A stretch of 64,000 nt of DNA, taken from IMG/VR virus record IMGVR_UViG_3300032224_000970, positions 32,001-96,000 of that record; one strand, 5' to 3'. This stretch comes from a virus. Position 1 is the first letter of the stretch. The number at the start of each line of letters is the position of its first letter. The position numbers and the translations under genes were made by a program. Below the pieces are notes generated by a model. The model did no database searches. It was not told where the DNA came from and saw only the letters and a program-made list of their open reading frames with translations. Below, piece by piece: positions 1-10,739 of this stretch.

Positions 1-1
1 A

Positions 2-3000
2 TCAGATGACTGGTTTGAAACCAAGTATGACAGTAAATATGACATTATTCGAAATGTAGAAGGTAGCTTTAATACTGTCGCTGCTCTTGCAACACAGGCT
101 GGCATCCTTGGAACTATCTGGGGCGCATGGCAAATTAACTGGTATGGTGAACCTGTAATTCAAAATGGCGGTTCATTGATTCAGTATACTACTGGATCAA
201 ACTGGGCGAATGAGCGAGCACTAAGCGAAGGTGCAACATATATTAACGTACAAGATTTTAATAATCGTTTCGGTACTGGTGGCGGTGGTGGTCCAGCACG
301 TCAGGTTTTTGTTGAAGCACGTGCACAAAAAGGTATTGGACATAGAGAGGGTGTTAAGTCTACTCTTGCCGTACAGTGGGAAAGACAAGTAATTGATGAT
401 CGCATTATTTCTACTGCTGTTATTCCATATATGCGTTCACGCAATATTTTAGTTCAGGTTAAGAAACTAAAAGCAAATACAAAGTTCTATGCATTCTTTG
501 ATGATGTAAATGTTTCTACACAATGCACACCTTCTTCATCAATCACTTATACTCTACCAACTGCTACTTCTGTTGACTTTGATATTACATCAAATGCAGG
601 TGGTGGTGCAGCAGATGCTGGTCGTGTGATTAATACAATTACTGATAAATTAAATTCAGATAACGTGGGTAATATGTGTCTGAATGTTGGAGATATGATT
701 CTAGGTGGTACTTCAGCTGCTACTGCAGTTGTTGTAGGTAAGGAATATAATCCTGATACTACTATTAGAAAATTGCATGTAATGAACATCAAGGGTACTT
801 TCCAGAATGGTGAAACTATCACTGGTTCTATTTCTGGTGCTATTGGTACAATCAGTGCAGTTCCAGAAACTAACAAGTCTCTTGGTGGAGATCTAGTAAC
901 AAACTTCCGTGGAGATTTGAATTTTATTTTCAATCTTCCAAATAACGATGCTCTAAAATTTAGAACAGGTACTCGTGAATTTAAACTGCTAGATGTTTCA
1001 AGCGCAAATGGACAATGGACATCTTCAGCTAAAACACAGTTCGAGGCGTCTGGTGTTTTACAAACTCGTGCTCAAACAATTAACAATGTACGTAATGGTC
1101 ACATTATTCAAGAAATTGTTGCAGAGGACGATAAAGTTACAAGAACTATTGAACGTGTTGCAGCAGATACTGGTTGGTATGACCCACTGGCACAAACATT
1201 CTTGGTTCAAAGTAAGGGTGGTGCATTCTTAAGTAAGGTAGATATCTTCTTCGCTTCTAAAGATAGCAAGTATCCTGTTACTTTACAAATTCGTGAAGTT
1301 GTAAATGGTTATCCAGGTAAAGTTATTCTTCCATTCTCTGAGGTTACATTAAATCCAGAACAGGTTAATCTGTCTGTTAATACTGTAACTTTAACTGATG
1401 GTTCAGAAGCCAACTATCCAAAGTATGATACAGCAACTACATTTACATTCCCAAGTCCAATCTATGTAGAAGATAATACTGAATATTGTATTGTTCTTGC
1501 ATCAGATTGCAGCAACTATAAAGTTTGGATTAGTCAGATGGGAGATCAGATTCCTGATTCCTCAAGCACTATTTCTGAACAGCCTTATGCTGGTGTTCTA
1601 TTCAAATCACAGAACGCATCTACTTGGACTGCAAATCAAGACCAAGACTTGAAGTTTACTTTATGGCGTGCAAATTTTGAAACTAACTCAGTAGGAAATG
1701 TAACATTCGTCAATGATGTATTGACACCTGAGTTAATTGAATCTGATCCATTCGAAGCTGTATCTGGTCAAAGTAAAATTCGTGTATGGCATCCAAACCA
1801 TGGTATGTTCCCAGGATCATATGTTCAGTTTACAAACACTGATGATACAGTAATTAATGGTACTGCTTTAAGCGGAACGATGACTGTCTCTGCAGGTAAT
1901 ACTACAGTTACAGGTGGAACATCTGGTACAGCACAAACATACTTTGTAGCTGAATTAAATTCTTCACGTTATGTTCTTCGCAGAGCATCTGATAATGCTT
2001 TCGTTGGTGTTATCTCTGGTGTAACTGATAATAACCATTTAGTGTTGTTATCTGGTGCAGCTGTTCCTCTTGCTGGTGTTGCTTGTAAAGTTTGCAAACC
2101 AATCGCTGGTAGTGATACTGGTGGTATTCCAACTACAGAGATCTACAAGAACTCAGGTGGAACACAAATAACTCATACTATTTCTGACGTAGATCTAGAC
2201 TCTTATTGCATTACAGTTTCAAGTACTGCAGGTAGAACTGGATATAGCGGTGGACAAACTGTAAATGCTACATACAATGTGATGTATGATATGGTTCAGC
2301 CAGCCCTACAAATTCAGAATTTCTCTGAAACACAATGTGATGTTTCTATGGCGAATGCTACTGGAAAATCTGTTGATGGAACTGAAACACCATATACTAT
2401 TAGTAGCCCACCAACTTATTACGCTGTATCACCAAATGATACAAATATTCTTTATTCACCAGCTGTTATTGCTTCTAGCATTAACCAGTCCTTCGTTGGT
2501 TCTAAATCAGTATTCTTGAAAGCAGCGATCTCTTCTGATAATTCTGCTCTTTCACCCATCATTGACACTCACAGAACTTCTCTGTTGGCTATTTCGAATA
2601 AAGTCAATACACCATCTCCTGATAATATCAACGTAGATGTTATTGATACAAGAACTGTATTTGAACATACAGCATATGGACCATTTAGTTTTGCCAATAC
2701 AGGAACTTTATGGTCAGCAACTGCAACTGTTGCTTTGAATGCTCAGTTATATTGGCTGGGTAACCTGTATACTGTAACTCAGGCTGGTACAACAGGTGCG
2801 GTTGCTCCAACTCATACAGCTGGTTACGCTACAAATGGAACTGCAATTTTGACTTATGCAGGTTACTCTACAGTAATCACTACGTCAGATTCAGTGATTG
2901 CTGGATTGATACCAACCATTGCAGTGGGTAAATACATTACTGTTACTGGCGCAACTACTTCTGGCAACAATAATAGCACTACTGGTTATCTGGTGACTAA

Positions 3001-3490
3001 GATTGCTGGCGATGGTTCTACCACTGGAACAATTACTGTGGCTAGAGGTTCAAACTGGTCTGCTGCGGAAAACTCTGTTTCTGGAACTACAGTCAAGTTG
3101 AAAAACCTTTTTGTAGACGAGATTTCTCCAAAGGGAAGTTCTTCGGTTAATAAATATATTTCTAAGAACATCAAACTGGATAACCCTTCTACGTTCTTTA
3201 GAATTCGCCTAGCAGCGAACTGCCCAACTGAAGCAAACATCTTAGTTTATTACAAGATTTCACCTATCGGTTCTACTGTTGATTTTGATACTGTAAATTG
3301 GACTCAGTCTTACCCAGATGTTGATATGAAGAAAGTACAAAGAGGCGACTTTACTACATTCTATGATGTAGATTATTCTGAAGAAAAGCTGTCACCTTTT
3401 GATACTATTGCAGTCAAGATTGTCCTTCAGTCTACAAACAGTTCTGCCGTACCAAAGGTTAAAGACCTAAGAATTATTGCCTGTGCTTAA
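2..3490 (+). CDS. Large virion structural protein (VrlC/DUF4815-like), 5'-truncated by the window edge
   Basis: Frame is open from position 2 (SDDWFETKY...). Motifs WYDPLAQTF, LFKSQNASTW..Q..DLKF and C-terminal VPKVKDLRIIA are typical of the large structural protein of T4-like cyano/pelagiphages. Confidence 0.8.
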   Translation, partial: SDDWFETKYDSKYDIIRNVEGSFNTVAALATQAGILGTIWGAWQINWYGEPVIQNGGSLIQYTTGSNWANERALSEGATYINVQDFNNRFGTGGGGGPARQVFVEARAQKGIGHREGVKSTLAVQWERQVIDDRIISTAVIPYMRSRNILVQVKKLKANTKFYAFFDDVNVSTQCTPSSSITYTLPTATSVDFDITSNAGGGAADAGRVINTITDKLNSDNVGNMCLNVGDMILGGTSAATAVVVGKEYNPDTTIRKLHVMNIKGTFQNGETITGSISGAIGTISAVPETNKSLGGDLVTNFRGDLNFIFNLPNNDALKFRTGTREFKLLDVSSANGQWTSSAKTQFEASGVLQTRAQTINNVRNGHIIQEIVAEDDKVTRTIERVAADTGWYDPLAQTFLVQSKGGAFLSKVDIFFASKDSKYPVTLQIREVVNGYPGKVILPFSEVTLNPEQVNLSVNTVTLTDGSEANYPKYDTATTFTFPSPIYVEDNTEYCIVLASDCSNYKVWISQMGDQIPDSSSTISEQPYAGVLFKSQNASTWTANQDQDLKFTLWRANFETNSVGNVTFVNDVLTPELIESDPFEAVSGQSKIRVWHPNHGMFPGSYVQFTNTDDTVINGTALSGTMTVSAGNTTVTGGTSGTAQTYFVAELNSSRYVLRRASDNAFVGVISGVTDNNHLVLLSGAAVPLAGVACKVCKPIAGSDTGGIPTTEIYKNSGGTQITHTISDVDLDSYCITVSSTAGRTGYSGGQTVNATYNVMYDMVQPALQIQNFSETQCDVSMANATGKSVDGTETPYTISSPPTYYAVSPNDTNILYSPAVIASSINQSFVGSKSVFLKAAISSDNSALSPIIDTHRTSLLAISNKVNTPSPDNINVDVIDTRTVFEHTAYGPFSFANTGTLWSATATVALNAQLYWLGNLYTVTQAGTTGAVAPTHTAGYATNGTAILTYAGYSTVITTSDSVIAGLIPTIAVGKYITVTGATTSGNNNSTTGYLVTKIAGDGSTTGTITVARGSNWSAAENSVSGTTVKLKNLFVDEISPKGSSSVNKYISKNIKLDNPSTFFRIRLAANCPTEANILVYYKISPIGSTVDFDTVNWTQSYPDVDMKKVQRGDFTTFYDVDYSEEKLSPFDTIAVKIVLQSTNSSAVPKVKDLRIIACA

Positions 3491-3491
3491 T

Positions 3492-3728
3492 ATGACAAGA
3501 TACTTAAAAGTCGAAGGAAATTCTTCTTTGGTCAGAGATGTCGAGACCATGGCTATCCTAAATACTAATAGAACAGAATATGAAAATTATCTGCGCAAGA
3601 AGGAAGCCATGGAAACTTCTAAAGAAGCTATTGAACGACACTCGCAGGAAATAAATACCATCAAAGAAGATTTAAGTGAAATTAAACAAATGATTTATGC
3701 GTTATTACAAGATCGTACAAAGGGATAA
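3492..3728 (+). CDS. Small conserved coiled-coil phage protein
   Basis: YLKVEG..SLVRD..T.AILN and a C-terminal heptad IKEDLSEIKQMI. ATG at 3492 follows the upstream stop. Confidence 0.7.
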   Translation: MTRYLKVEGNSSLVRDVETMAILNTNRTEYENYLRKKEAMETSKEAIERHSQEINTIKEDLSEIKQMIYALLQDRTKG

Positions 3729-3731
3729 TAA

Positions 3732-4724
3732 ATGTCAACGATAGTCACAAGAGCAGGTAAAGGCTCTCCTTTAACTAATACCGAAGTTGATTCCAACTTT
3801 ACTAATTTAAACACAGATAAACTAGAGTCCACTTATTCAGGTGCGATGAATAGTTTAACTGGCGGTACTTCTATCGCTACTGTTGGTACAGTCACTACTG
3901 GTACTTGGTCTGCTACTGCAATAGGTGCTACCAAAGGTGGTACTGGGCAAACAACTTATGCAACTGGCGATACACTTTATGCAAGTGCCTCAAACACTTT
4001 AAGTAAACTGTCAAAGCCAGCCAGCGCAACATCTATTCTACAGATGGATTCCGCAGGTGCTCCCAGCTGGTTAGATAAAGGTGCAACAGGTATTACTGGT
4101 GTTGGCACTGTCACTACTGGTACTTGGAATGGTACTGCAGTCGGTGCTGCATATGGTGGTACTGGTGTTGCAAATAATGCTGCCAATACTATTACCTTTA
4201 CAGGTGCGTATTCTCTTGGTTTGACTTTAACTGCATCAACTACTTTGACTTTGCCAACTAGTGGAACTTTAGCTACTCGTGCAGGATCTGAAGCACTGAC
4301 AAATAAAACGATTAATGGTATGACCATTACATCTAGCACTGGTACATTCACTCTTACTAATGCCAAAACATTATCTGTTTCAAATACTCTAACATTTACT
4401 GGTACTGATTCTTCATCGGTTGATTTTGGTGCTGGTGGTACTGTTCTTTATACAGGTGGTACTACTTCGATTACTAGTGTTGGTACTATTACTACTGGTA
4501 CTTGGTCAGCAACTGCGATTGCAGCTACTAAAGGTGGTACTGGTTTAACCACTTATACTACTGGCGATATCATCTATGCATCTGCTACAAATACCCTAAG
4601 TAAATTAGCAGCAGGTACAGATGGACAAATTTTAACATTGGCAAGTGGAGTTCCATCATGGACAACTTCCAATTCAGCAACAACAGGTAAAGCAATCGCC
4701 ATGGCAATGGTTTTTGGCGGATAA
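3732..4724 (+). CDS. Tail fibre-like protein
   Basis: N-terminal RAGKGSPLTNTEVDSNF, three GT(V/I)TTGTW..T repeats, C-terminal TGKAIAMAMVFGG. Confidence 0.7.
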   Translation: MSTIVTRAGKGSPLTNTEVDSNFTNLNTDKLESTYSGAMNSLTGGTSIATVGTVTTGTWSATAIGATKGGTGQTTYATGDTLYASASNTLSKLSKPASATSILQMDSAGAPSWLDKGATGITGVGTVTTGTWNGTAVGAAYGGTGVANNAANTITFTGAYSLGLTLTASTTLTLPTSGTLATRAGSEALTNKTINGMTITSSTGTFTLTNAKTLSVSNTLTFTGTDSSSVDFGAGGTVLYTGGTTSITSVGTITTGTWSATAIAATKGGTGLTTYTTGDIIYASATNTLSKLAAGTDGQILTLASGVPSWTTSNSATTGKAIAMAMVFGG

Positions 4725-4746
4725 TTTTTAAAGAGGATAAAATAAA

Positions 4747-5151
4747 ATGGCAGCTCCAAATATTGTAAACGTAGCAACTATCACTGGTTCTACAGCATAT
4801 CAAACATTAACTAATACCAACGATAACGCATTAATTAGCAATGCAGCTTCTTCTGGTAAAGTTTTAAAAGTAAACAACATCTTCGTGTCTAACGTAAATG
4901 GTGTTGCAGCAGCGACTGTTACTCTATCATATCGTTCAGCTGCAAATGCTGTTACTGATGGTACTTTGTCAACAGCTTCTTCTGGTACTGCATATCGTAT
5001 GGCATATCAGATCTCTGTTCCTGCAAACACTACATTAATGTTGTTGGACAAGTCTGGTTCAATCTACTTGCCAGAAAATGCATCATTATCAATTCAGGCT
5101 GGTACTGCATCTTACTTAGAAGTAGTAGCGTCATACGATCAGATTTCTTAA
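4747..5151 (+). CDS. Small virion/fibre-associated beta protein
   Basis: MAAPNIVNV...KVNNIFVSNV...ISVPANTTL family, commonly found after GKAIAMA-ending fibre genes. SD GAGG upstream. Confidence 0.6.
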   Translation: MAAPNIVNVATITGSTAYQTLTNTNDNALISNAASSGKVLKVNNIFVSNVNGVAAATVTLSYRSAANAVTDGTLSTASSGTAYRMAYQISVPANTTLMLLDKSGSIYLPENASLSIQAGTASYLEVVASYDQIS

Positions 5152-5186
5152 TTAAGTAGGTTGTTTTGAACACGAGATAGGACATC

Positions 5187-8100
5187 ATGTCTAAAAGATA
5201 TACAGGTAATTTTATTAGTGGAACTCCGCAAGTTCCTACGTTATCGTCAAATAATGGTATTTTTGATACTAATGATGTCTACACAGCTGTAAGTAATGGT
5301 ACTTGGCAAGAGCCAGATGGTGTTTATGAGATTGGTAAATCACTAAGATTTAGAGCAGCATCAACTACATATTTTAATCGAACTCCTTCAACTGCTTCTA
5401 ATCGTACTACCTGGACATGGAGTGGTTGGGTCAAAAGAGGTTCTGCTGGTGGACCGAATGTATTTACTTTGTTTTTTGCTGAAAGTGGTGGAAATACAAA
5501 CGCTAGAATTGAATATTTGGCGTCTGGTCAATTTAGATGGTTTTATCAGGTTAGTGGTGTAGATACTGCAGGTACAACATCAAATGCTCTCTATCGAGAT
5601 TATTCTGCTTGGTATCATGTTGTTTATGTGTATGACTCAACTCAAGCGAATGCAGGAAACAGGCAAACACTTTATGTAAATGGAGTAATTGCGACAAATG
5701 CATCAGTTATAGCCCCTGCACAAAATACTGCAACTTCAATTAACAACACAGTCACTCATTGGCTTGGAAGAAATAACTCTCCTGAATATTTTGATGGTTA
5801 CATGGCTGAAGTCAACTTTGTTGATGGTCAAGCACTAGATCCTTCATACTTCGGTTACTTCGACCCAGTTACAAATATCTGGCAACCAAAGAAATATACT
5901 GGTGCTTATGGAATTAATGGCTTCTATTTACCATTCAGCGAGAATTTCTCCACAACAAATCTTGGTAGAAATTTTGCTGGATCAAATCATTTCACATATT
6001 CTCAAGCTGGTACTGATGCTAGTTATGTCTATAATAATGCAAGTGGAACTGCAAACTTTACAACTGCGCCAGATGGTACATCTACAGCAACTAAACTAAC
6101 AATTGATAGTTCTAATACATCTCATCGTTTTTATAAACAATATACAGTATTAACAAGTGGTGCAGTTGCGGTAGTTTCAGCATATGTTAAAGCACTTCCA
6201 GGAAGTGCATATAATGTTGTTGCACTTGAAAACTGGACTGGATCTGCTGGTGGACAAGCATATTTTAACTTGACTACTGGACAACCACAGTATGCTGCTG
6301 CGTGGCCAGCAGGATCTGGATTCCAATATGTTGGTGATGGATGGTATAGAATTTGGACAACTTTTGCAAATGCAACAAGTAATGGTAGTGGTACTCCATC
6401 TATTGGTATTTACATGGTAGATAATTCCAATGGTCTAACATATACAGGTAATGGTACTGCAGGATTTTATTTCTGGGGTGTTCAAGTAAATCTTGGAACA
6501 ACACCAGACAATTATATCGCAACAACTTCAACAGCATCAATTAATAATTTTACTCCAAATAACTTCTCTGTAACTGCTGGTACAACATATGACTCAGTAA
6601 CAGACTCTCCAACCAACGTATTTCTCGGAAATGTAACAGATACTGGTGGTGTGATTCCAGGAAACTATCCAACATTTAATCCTTTAGATATAGATTATGG
6701 TGGTGGTACTGCTCCATCATTTTCAAATGGTAACTTAACAACATCGTTTGCTAGTAGTGGTTATACTTACGTACAAACAACATTCTCAAAGGCTAACGTA
6801 GCATTTGCTAGTAATTATCTTATTGATAATATTGGTTTTGAATTTTATGTAAATGCAATCGGTGCATACAGTTATGGTGTTTCGGTACAGCTTTGTGGAA
6901 AAGAAGTTAGAACTGATGGCTTTCCATACACCACAACAACTTTTACAACAGGAGACTATATTCAGTGTACGTATAGTGCCGCAAGTAATGGTACAGTAAG
7001 ATTTTATAAAAATGGCACATTAATGACCAATGGAACATTTACTAGCTGTGGTGATTTTCTAATGCCTAGAATTGTAATGCAGGGTAGTGGTGCTTCTGTT
7101 TCTATGAATGCTGGTCAACAGCCATGGAAATATCCAACTCCATTTGTTGGATTTAGAGGAATATGTACTACAACTTTACAGGCATATGGAACATCGCTTG
7201 TTGGTAAACCCGCAATTCAACCAAATAAATGGTTTGATACTGTTCTTTATGGTGGTACTGGACAAGCAAGAACAATTACAAATCCTGGAGGTTTTGTTCC
7301 AGATTTAGTTTGGACAAAATCAAGAAGTAATACTTACAGTTATAACATAACAGACTCTGTTCGTGGTGCTGGTATCAGATCTTATTCTGATGGTACTGCT
7401 GTAGAAGCAGCTATTCCTAATGGTGGTGTTACTTCCTTTAATACAATATCTAATAATGGATATGACATTAATGGTGGTGTTGAGGTTAATGAACTTGGTA
7501 AAACTTATGTTTCATGGCAGTGGAAACAATCACCAACAGCTGGATTTAATATTATCACTTATACTGGTGATGGTACTTCTAATAGAGCAATTTCTCATAA
7601 CCTTGGAGTAACTCCAGGTTTTCAAATAGTTAAGGCTAGATCTGGTGGTAATGCTGGTTCTTCGCAATGGATAATTCATCATCAGAGTCAGGCTACTGGA
7701 TATACACATTATTTTAATTCTGGTCTTCCTGCTGACAGTGGAACATATCAATGGGGAACAAGTGCTGCAACCAGTTCTAACTTTTATGTTGGGTGGTACG
7801 CTGGCGCAACAGGTTCAAATGAAAATGGTACTTTATATGTAGCTTACTTGTGGGCAGAAGTTCCAGGATTCAGTAGGTTTGGTTCTTATGCTGGAAATAC
7901 TTCTGCAGATGGTCCATTTATGTATTGTGGATTTAGACCAAGATGGATTACTATACGATCAACTACTGCGGCAAGAGAATGGAATGTATGGGATACAGCT
8001 AGAGGACCATATAATATTAATAATGCTGGACAACTTAATCTTGGTGATGCTCATGCTGAATATACTACTACTGGTTATAACGATGTTGTTGACTTCCTGT

Positions 8101-8213
8101 CAAATGGGTTTAAATTGAGAAGTGCAGGATCCCCAAACTATAATCAGGGTGAAACATATCTTTGGGCTGCATTTGCCGAGTCACCATTCGTCCTAAATAA
8201 TAGAGCAAGATAA
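5187..8213 (+). CDS. LamG/ConA-like + spike-like insert + SPRY-like receptor-binding/fibre protein
   Basis: SLRF..TYFNRTP..RTTWTWSGWVKRG, AWYHVV, DGYMAEVNFVDGQAL (LamG); GDGWYRIW insert; PDLVWTKSRS; ends AFAESPF..RAR. Confidence 0.75.
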   Translation: MSKRYTGNFISGTPQVPTLSSNNGIFDTNDVYTAVSNGTWQEPDGVYEIGKSLRFRAASTTYFNRTPSTASNRTTWTWSGWVKRGSAGGPNVFTLFFAESGGNTNARIEYLASGQFRWFYQVSGVDTAGTTSNALYRDYSAWYHVVYVYDSTQANAGNRQTLYVNGVIATNASVIAPAQNTATSINNTVTHWLGRNNSPEYFDGYMAEVNFVDGQALDPSYFGYFDPVTNIWQPKKYTGAYGINGFYLPFSENFSTTNLGRNFAGSNHFTYSQAGTDASYVYNNASGTANFTTAPDGTSTATKLTIDSSNTSHRFYKQYTVLTSGAVAVVSAYVKALPGSAYNVVALENWTGSAGGQAYFNLTTGQPQYAAAWPAGSGFQYVGDGWYRIWTTFANATSNGSGTPSIGIYMVDNSNGLTYTGNGTAGFYFWGVQVNLGTTPDNYIATTSTASINNFTPNNFSVTAGTTYDSVTDSPTNVFLGNVTDTGGVIPGNYPTFNPLDIDYGGGTAPSFSNGNLTTSFASSGYTYVQTTFSKANVAFASNYLIDNIGFEFYVNAIGAYSYGVSVQLCGKEVRTDGFPYTTTTFTTGDYIQCTYSAASNGTVRFYKNGTLMTNGTFTSCGDFLMPRIVMQGSGASVSMNAGQQPWKYPTPFVGFRGICTTTLQAYGTSLVGKPAIQPNKWFDTVLYGGTGQARTITNPGGFVPDLVWTKSRSNTYSYNITDSVRGAGIRSYSDGTAVEAAIPNGGVTSFNTISNNGYDINGGVEVNELGKTYVSWQWKQSPTAGFNIITYTGDGTSNRAISHNLGVTPGFQIVKARSGGNAGSSQWIIHHQSQATGYTHYFNSGLPADSGTYQWGTSAATSSNFYVGWYAGATGSNENGTLYVAYLWAEVPGFSRFGSYAGNTSADGPFMYCGFRPRWITIRSTTAAREWNVWDTARGPYNINNAGQLNLGDAHAEYTTTGYNDVVDFLSNGFKLRSAGSPNYNQGETYLWAAFAESPFVLNNRAR

Positions 8214-8224
8214 AGAGAAAAGAA

Positions 8225-8770
8225 ATGACAACTTACTACTTAAATGGAACTGCACTTCAAGAAGGTGCTAACTTTATAATGAATGGGATGAGTTATCCAT
8301 ACTCATGGTTGGAAAACACTTCACCATCTGTTCGTGCTTCTCTTGGTATTGAAAAAGATGGCGATGTTAATTTTGACCCTAAGTATTACTGGGGTGTGAA
8401 TAATCCAAAATCTCTTGAAGATGTAGAAGAAGTAGATGCGGATGGTAATCCAGCATATGTAAAGGTATTTGATGCATCTGTCGGTGAATTTGGTTCTATG
8501 ATTGATTCTGATAAACGTATGGTTACAAAAGGTCTAAAGACTGCATGCACTTCTGAAGTTAAATCAACCGTAAACAACCTACTATCTCCAACTGACTATT
8601 ATGTTGTTCGCAACAGTGTTGAAGATTTAAAAATCCCAGAAAGTATTTCAGAATATCGTGCTGCAGTTATTGCAGAACAAAATAGAGTAGTTCCTGCGAT
8701 TGCTGCAACTACTACCGTAGAAGAACTAATTGAAGTTATGAATTCTATTACATGGCCAAGAGCAGAATAA
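8225..8770 (+). CDS. Tail fibre assembly chaperone-like protein
   Basis: LLSPTDYYVVR...YRAAV...WP motif. Paralog of 14662-15207 (both 181 aa). Confidence 0.6.
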   Translation: MTTYYLNGTALQEGANFIMNGMSYPYSWLENTSPSVRASLGIEKDGDVNFDPKYYWGVNNPKSLEDVEEVDADGNPAYVKVFDASVGEFGSMIDSDKRMVTKGLKTACTSEVKSTVNNLLSPTDYYVVRNSVEDLKIPESISEYRAAVIAEQNRVVPAIAATTTVEELIEVMNSITWPRAE

Positions 8771-8781
8771 AAGGTAAATAA

Positions 8782-10386
8782 ATGACTCGTCGTTATACTG
8801 GTGGATTTTTATCCTCAACAGAACAAGCAACTGATGCTAACTCAGCGAATGGTATTTTTACTCTGTCAGAAGCAGCAGAGAAAACTGCACTCGGTAGTTT
8901 TCCAACAGGTCGTTACAGTACAGGAAGATCTCTAAGATTTAGACGTAGTGCTGGTGGTTATCTAAGTCGCACACCAACAACTAATGGAAGTGGATCTACA
9001 CTTACTTGGGCTGGTTGGGTTAAAAGAGGTATTATTGGCGGTAGCGATTATAATGTTTTATATTCAGCTGGTTCTGGAGACGGTACTCTTAGTGCTTTGT
9101 ATTTTGGAACAGATGATAAATTAAATTGGTTAAGTTATAATGGTAGTTATCAATGGCAATTAATTTCAACTGCAGTTTTTAGAGATCCCTCTGCTTGGTA
9201 TCATATTGTTGCAGTACTTGATACTACACAAGCATCATCAACCAATAGAATTAAGATATATGTAAATAATGTTCAAATAACTTCTTTTGGAACATCTACA
9301 TATCCATCACAAAGTTATGCAAGCCCATTCTATAACCAAACATCTTATGCTCAATTTATAGGTCGTTGGGGTACTTGGAATGGTTCGCACATATATGATG
9401 GTTATCTCTCTGATGTTTATCTTATTGATGGACAGGCATTAACTCCTTCTTCGTTCGGACAAACTGATGCTGCAACAAACGTATGGATTCCAAAACGCTA
9501 CACTGGTACATATGGAACCAATGGTTTTAATCTACCATTCACTGTAGATACAACTTTTAGTGCAGACTTTTTAGTAGTTGCTGGTGGTGGCGGTGGTGGT
9601 TCTAATCGAGGTGGTGGTGGCGGTGCAGGTGGTTTCAGGACTTCCGCTGGAACAAGTGGAGCTAATTCTTCTGCTGAAACTGCTTTAACTTTATCTACAG
9701 GAACTACTTATACTGTAACTGTTGGTGGTGGCGGTGGATCAGCAACCAATGGTAGCAACTCTGTACTTGGAAGTATTACTTCTACTGGTGGTGGTCGAGG
9801 TGAAGGTGCTTCTTCTGGTTCTGGCTCTACTGGTGGTTCTGGTGGTGGTGGATCTGGTGATGCTGGAATTGGCTCGGCAGGAACTTCTGCTCAAGGTTTT
9901 AGTGGTGGTACTGGTGCCGACACTGGTTCAGGTCGTGCAGCTGGTGGTGGCGGTGGAGCTAGTGCTGTTGGTAGTAATGCAGTAGGAACAGTAGCAGGTA
10001 ATGGTGGTAATGGTCTTGCTACAACAATTACAGGTTCCTCAGTAACATACTCTGCTGGTGGCGGTGGTGGTTATTTAAACAACGGAACTGCTGGTACTGC
10101 AGGATCTGGTGGATCATCTGGTCTTGGAGGTGCAGGTGCTTCAGGTGGATCTGGAGGTACAGGTGGATCTGCTTCATCAAATACTGGTAGCGGTGGTGGT
10201 GGGGCTGCTGCAGTTGCTTCAGGTGGATCTGGAGGTTCTGGTATTGTTATTATTAAAATTCCATCATCAAGAAATGCATATTTTAGTTCTGGTGTAACCT
10301 CTACATTATCAACATCAGTTGCTGGATATAAAATCTATACTGTAACTGCTACATCTACAACATCTGAAACGGTAACATTCGCATGA
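8782..10386 (+). CDS. LamG + glycine-rich fibre protein (5' part of a split receptor-binding gene)
   Basis: N-terminus paralogous to the 5187 gene (RRYTG.F.S...NGIF), then LamG, then an FLVVAGGGGGG...GGSGIVII Gly-rich domain. Confidence 0.75.
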   Translation: MTRRYTGGFLSSTEQATDANSANGIFTLSEAAEKTALGSFPTGRYSTGRSLRFRRSAGGYLSRTPTTNGSGSTLTWAGWVKRGIIGGSDYNVLYSAGSGDGTLSALYFGTDDKLNWLSYNGSYQWQLISTAVFRDPSAWYHIVAVLDTTQASSTNRIKIYVNNVQITSFGTSTYPSQSYASPFYNQTSYAQFIGRWGTWNGSHIYDGYLSDVYLIDGQALTPSSFGQTDAATNVWIPKRYTGTYGTNGFNLPFTVDTTFSADFLVVAGGGGGGSNRGGGGGAGGFRTSAGTSGANSSAETALTLSTGTTYTVTVGGGGGSATNGSNSVLGSITSTGGGRGEGASSGSGSTGGSGGGGSGDAGIGSAGTSAQGFSGGTGADTGSGRAAGGGGGASAVGSNAVGTVAGNGGNGLATTITGSSVTYSAGGGGGYLNNGTAGTAGSGGSSGLGGAGASGGSGGTGGSASSNTGSGGGGAAAVASGGSGGSGIVIIKIPSSRNAYFSSGVTSTLSTSVAGYKIYTVTATSTTSETVTFA

Positions 10387-10739
10387 GTCACTTTGCTAAA
10401 TTAGATAAAAATAATATTGTTGTCTTTGTAACTGTTGGTAGACAGGAAGACGATGGTAAGGAAGCAGAATTAACTGCTCGTACAGGAGATGTTTACAAAC
10501 AAACATCTTACAATACACAGGGTGGTGTTCATCTATTAGGTGGAACACCATTTAGAAAAAATTACGCAGGAATTGGATACACTTACGACGAAGAACGTGA
10601 TGCATTCATACCATCGAAAGAATTTAACTCTTGGGTTTTAAATGAAGAAACCTGCTTATGGGAAGCACCAACTGCCATGCCACTAGACGGAAAATTATAT
10701 GATTGGGATGAATCTCAACAGAAATGGGTGGAGGCTTAA
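10383..10739 (+). CDS. Small protein of the MSHFA family that follows Gly-rich fibre domains
   Basis: MSHFAKLD...KQTSYN...FRKNYAGIGYTYD..RDAFIP...W.LNE.TC.WEAP. ATGA overlap with the upstream gene. Confidence 0.7.
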   Translation: MSHFAKLDKNNIVVFVTVGRQEDDGKEAELTARTGDVYKQTSYNTQGGVHLLGGTPFRKNYAGIGYTYDEERDAFIPSKEFNSWVLNEETCLWEAPTAMPLDGKLYDWDESQQKWVEA

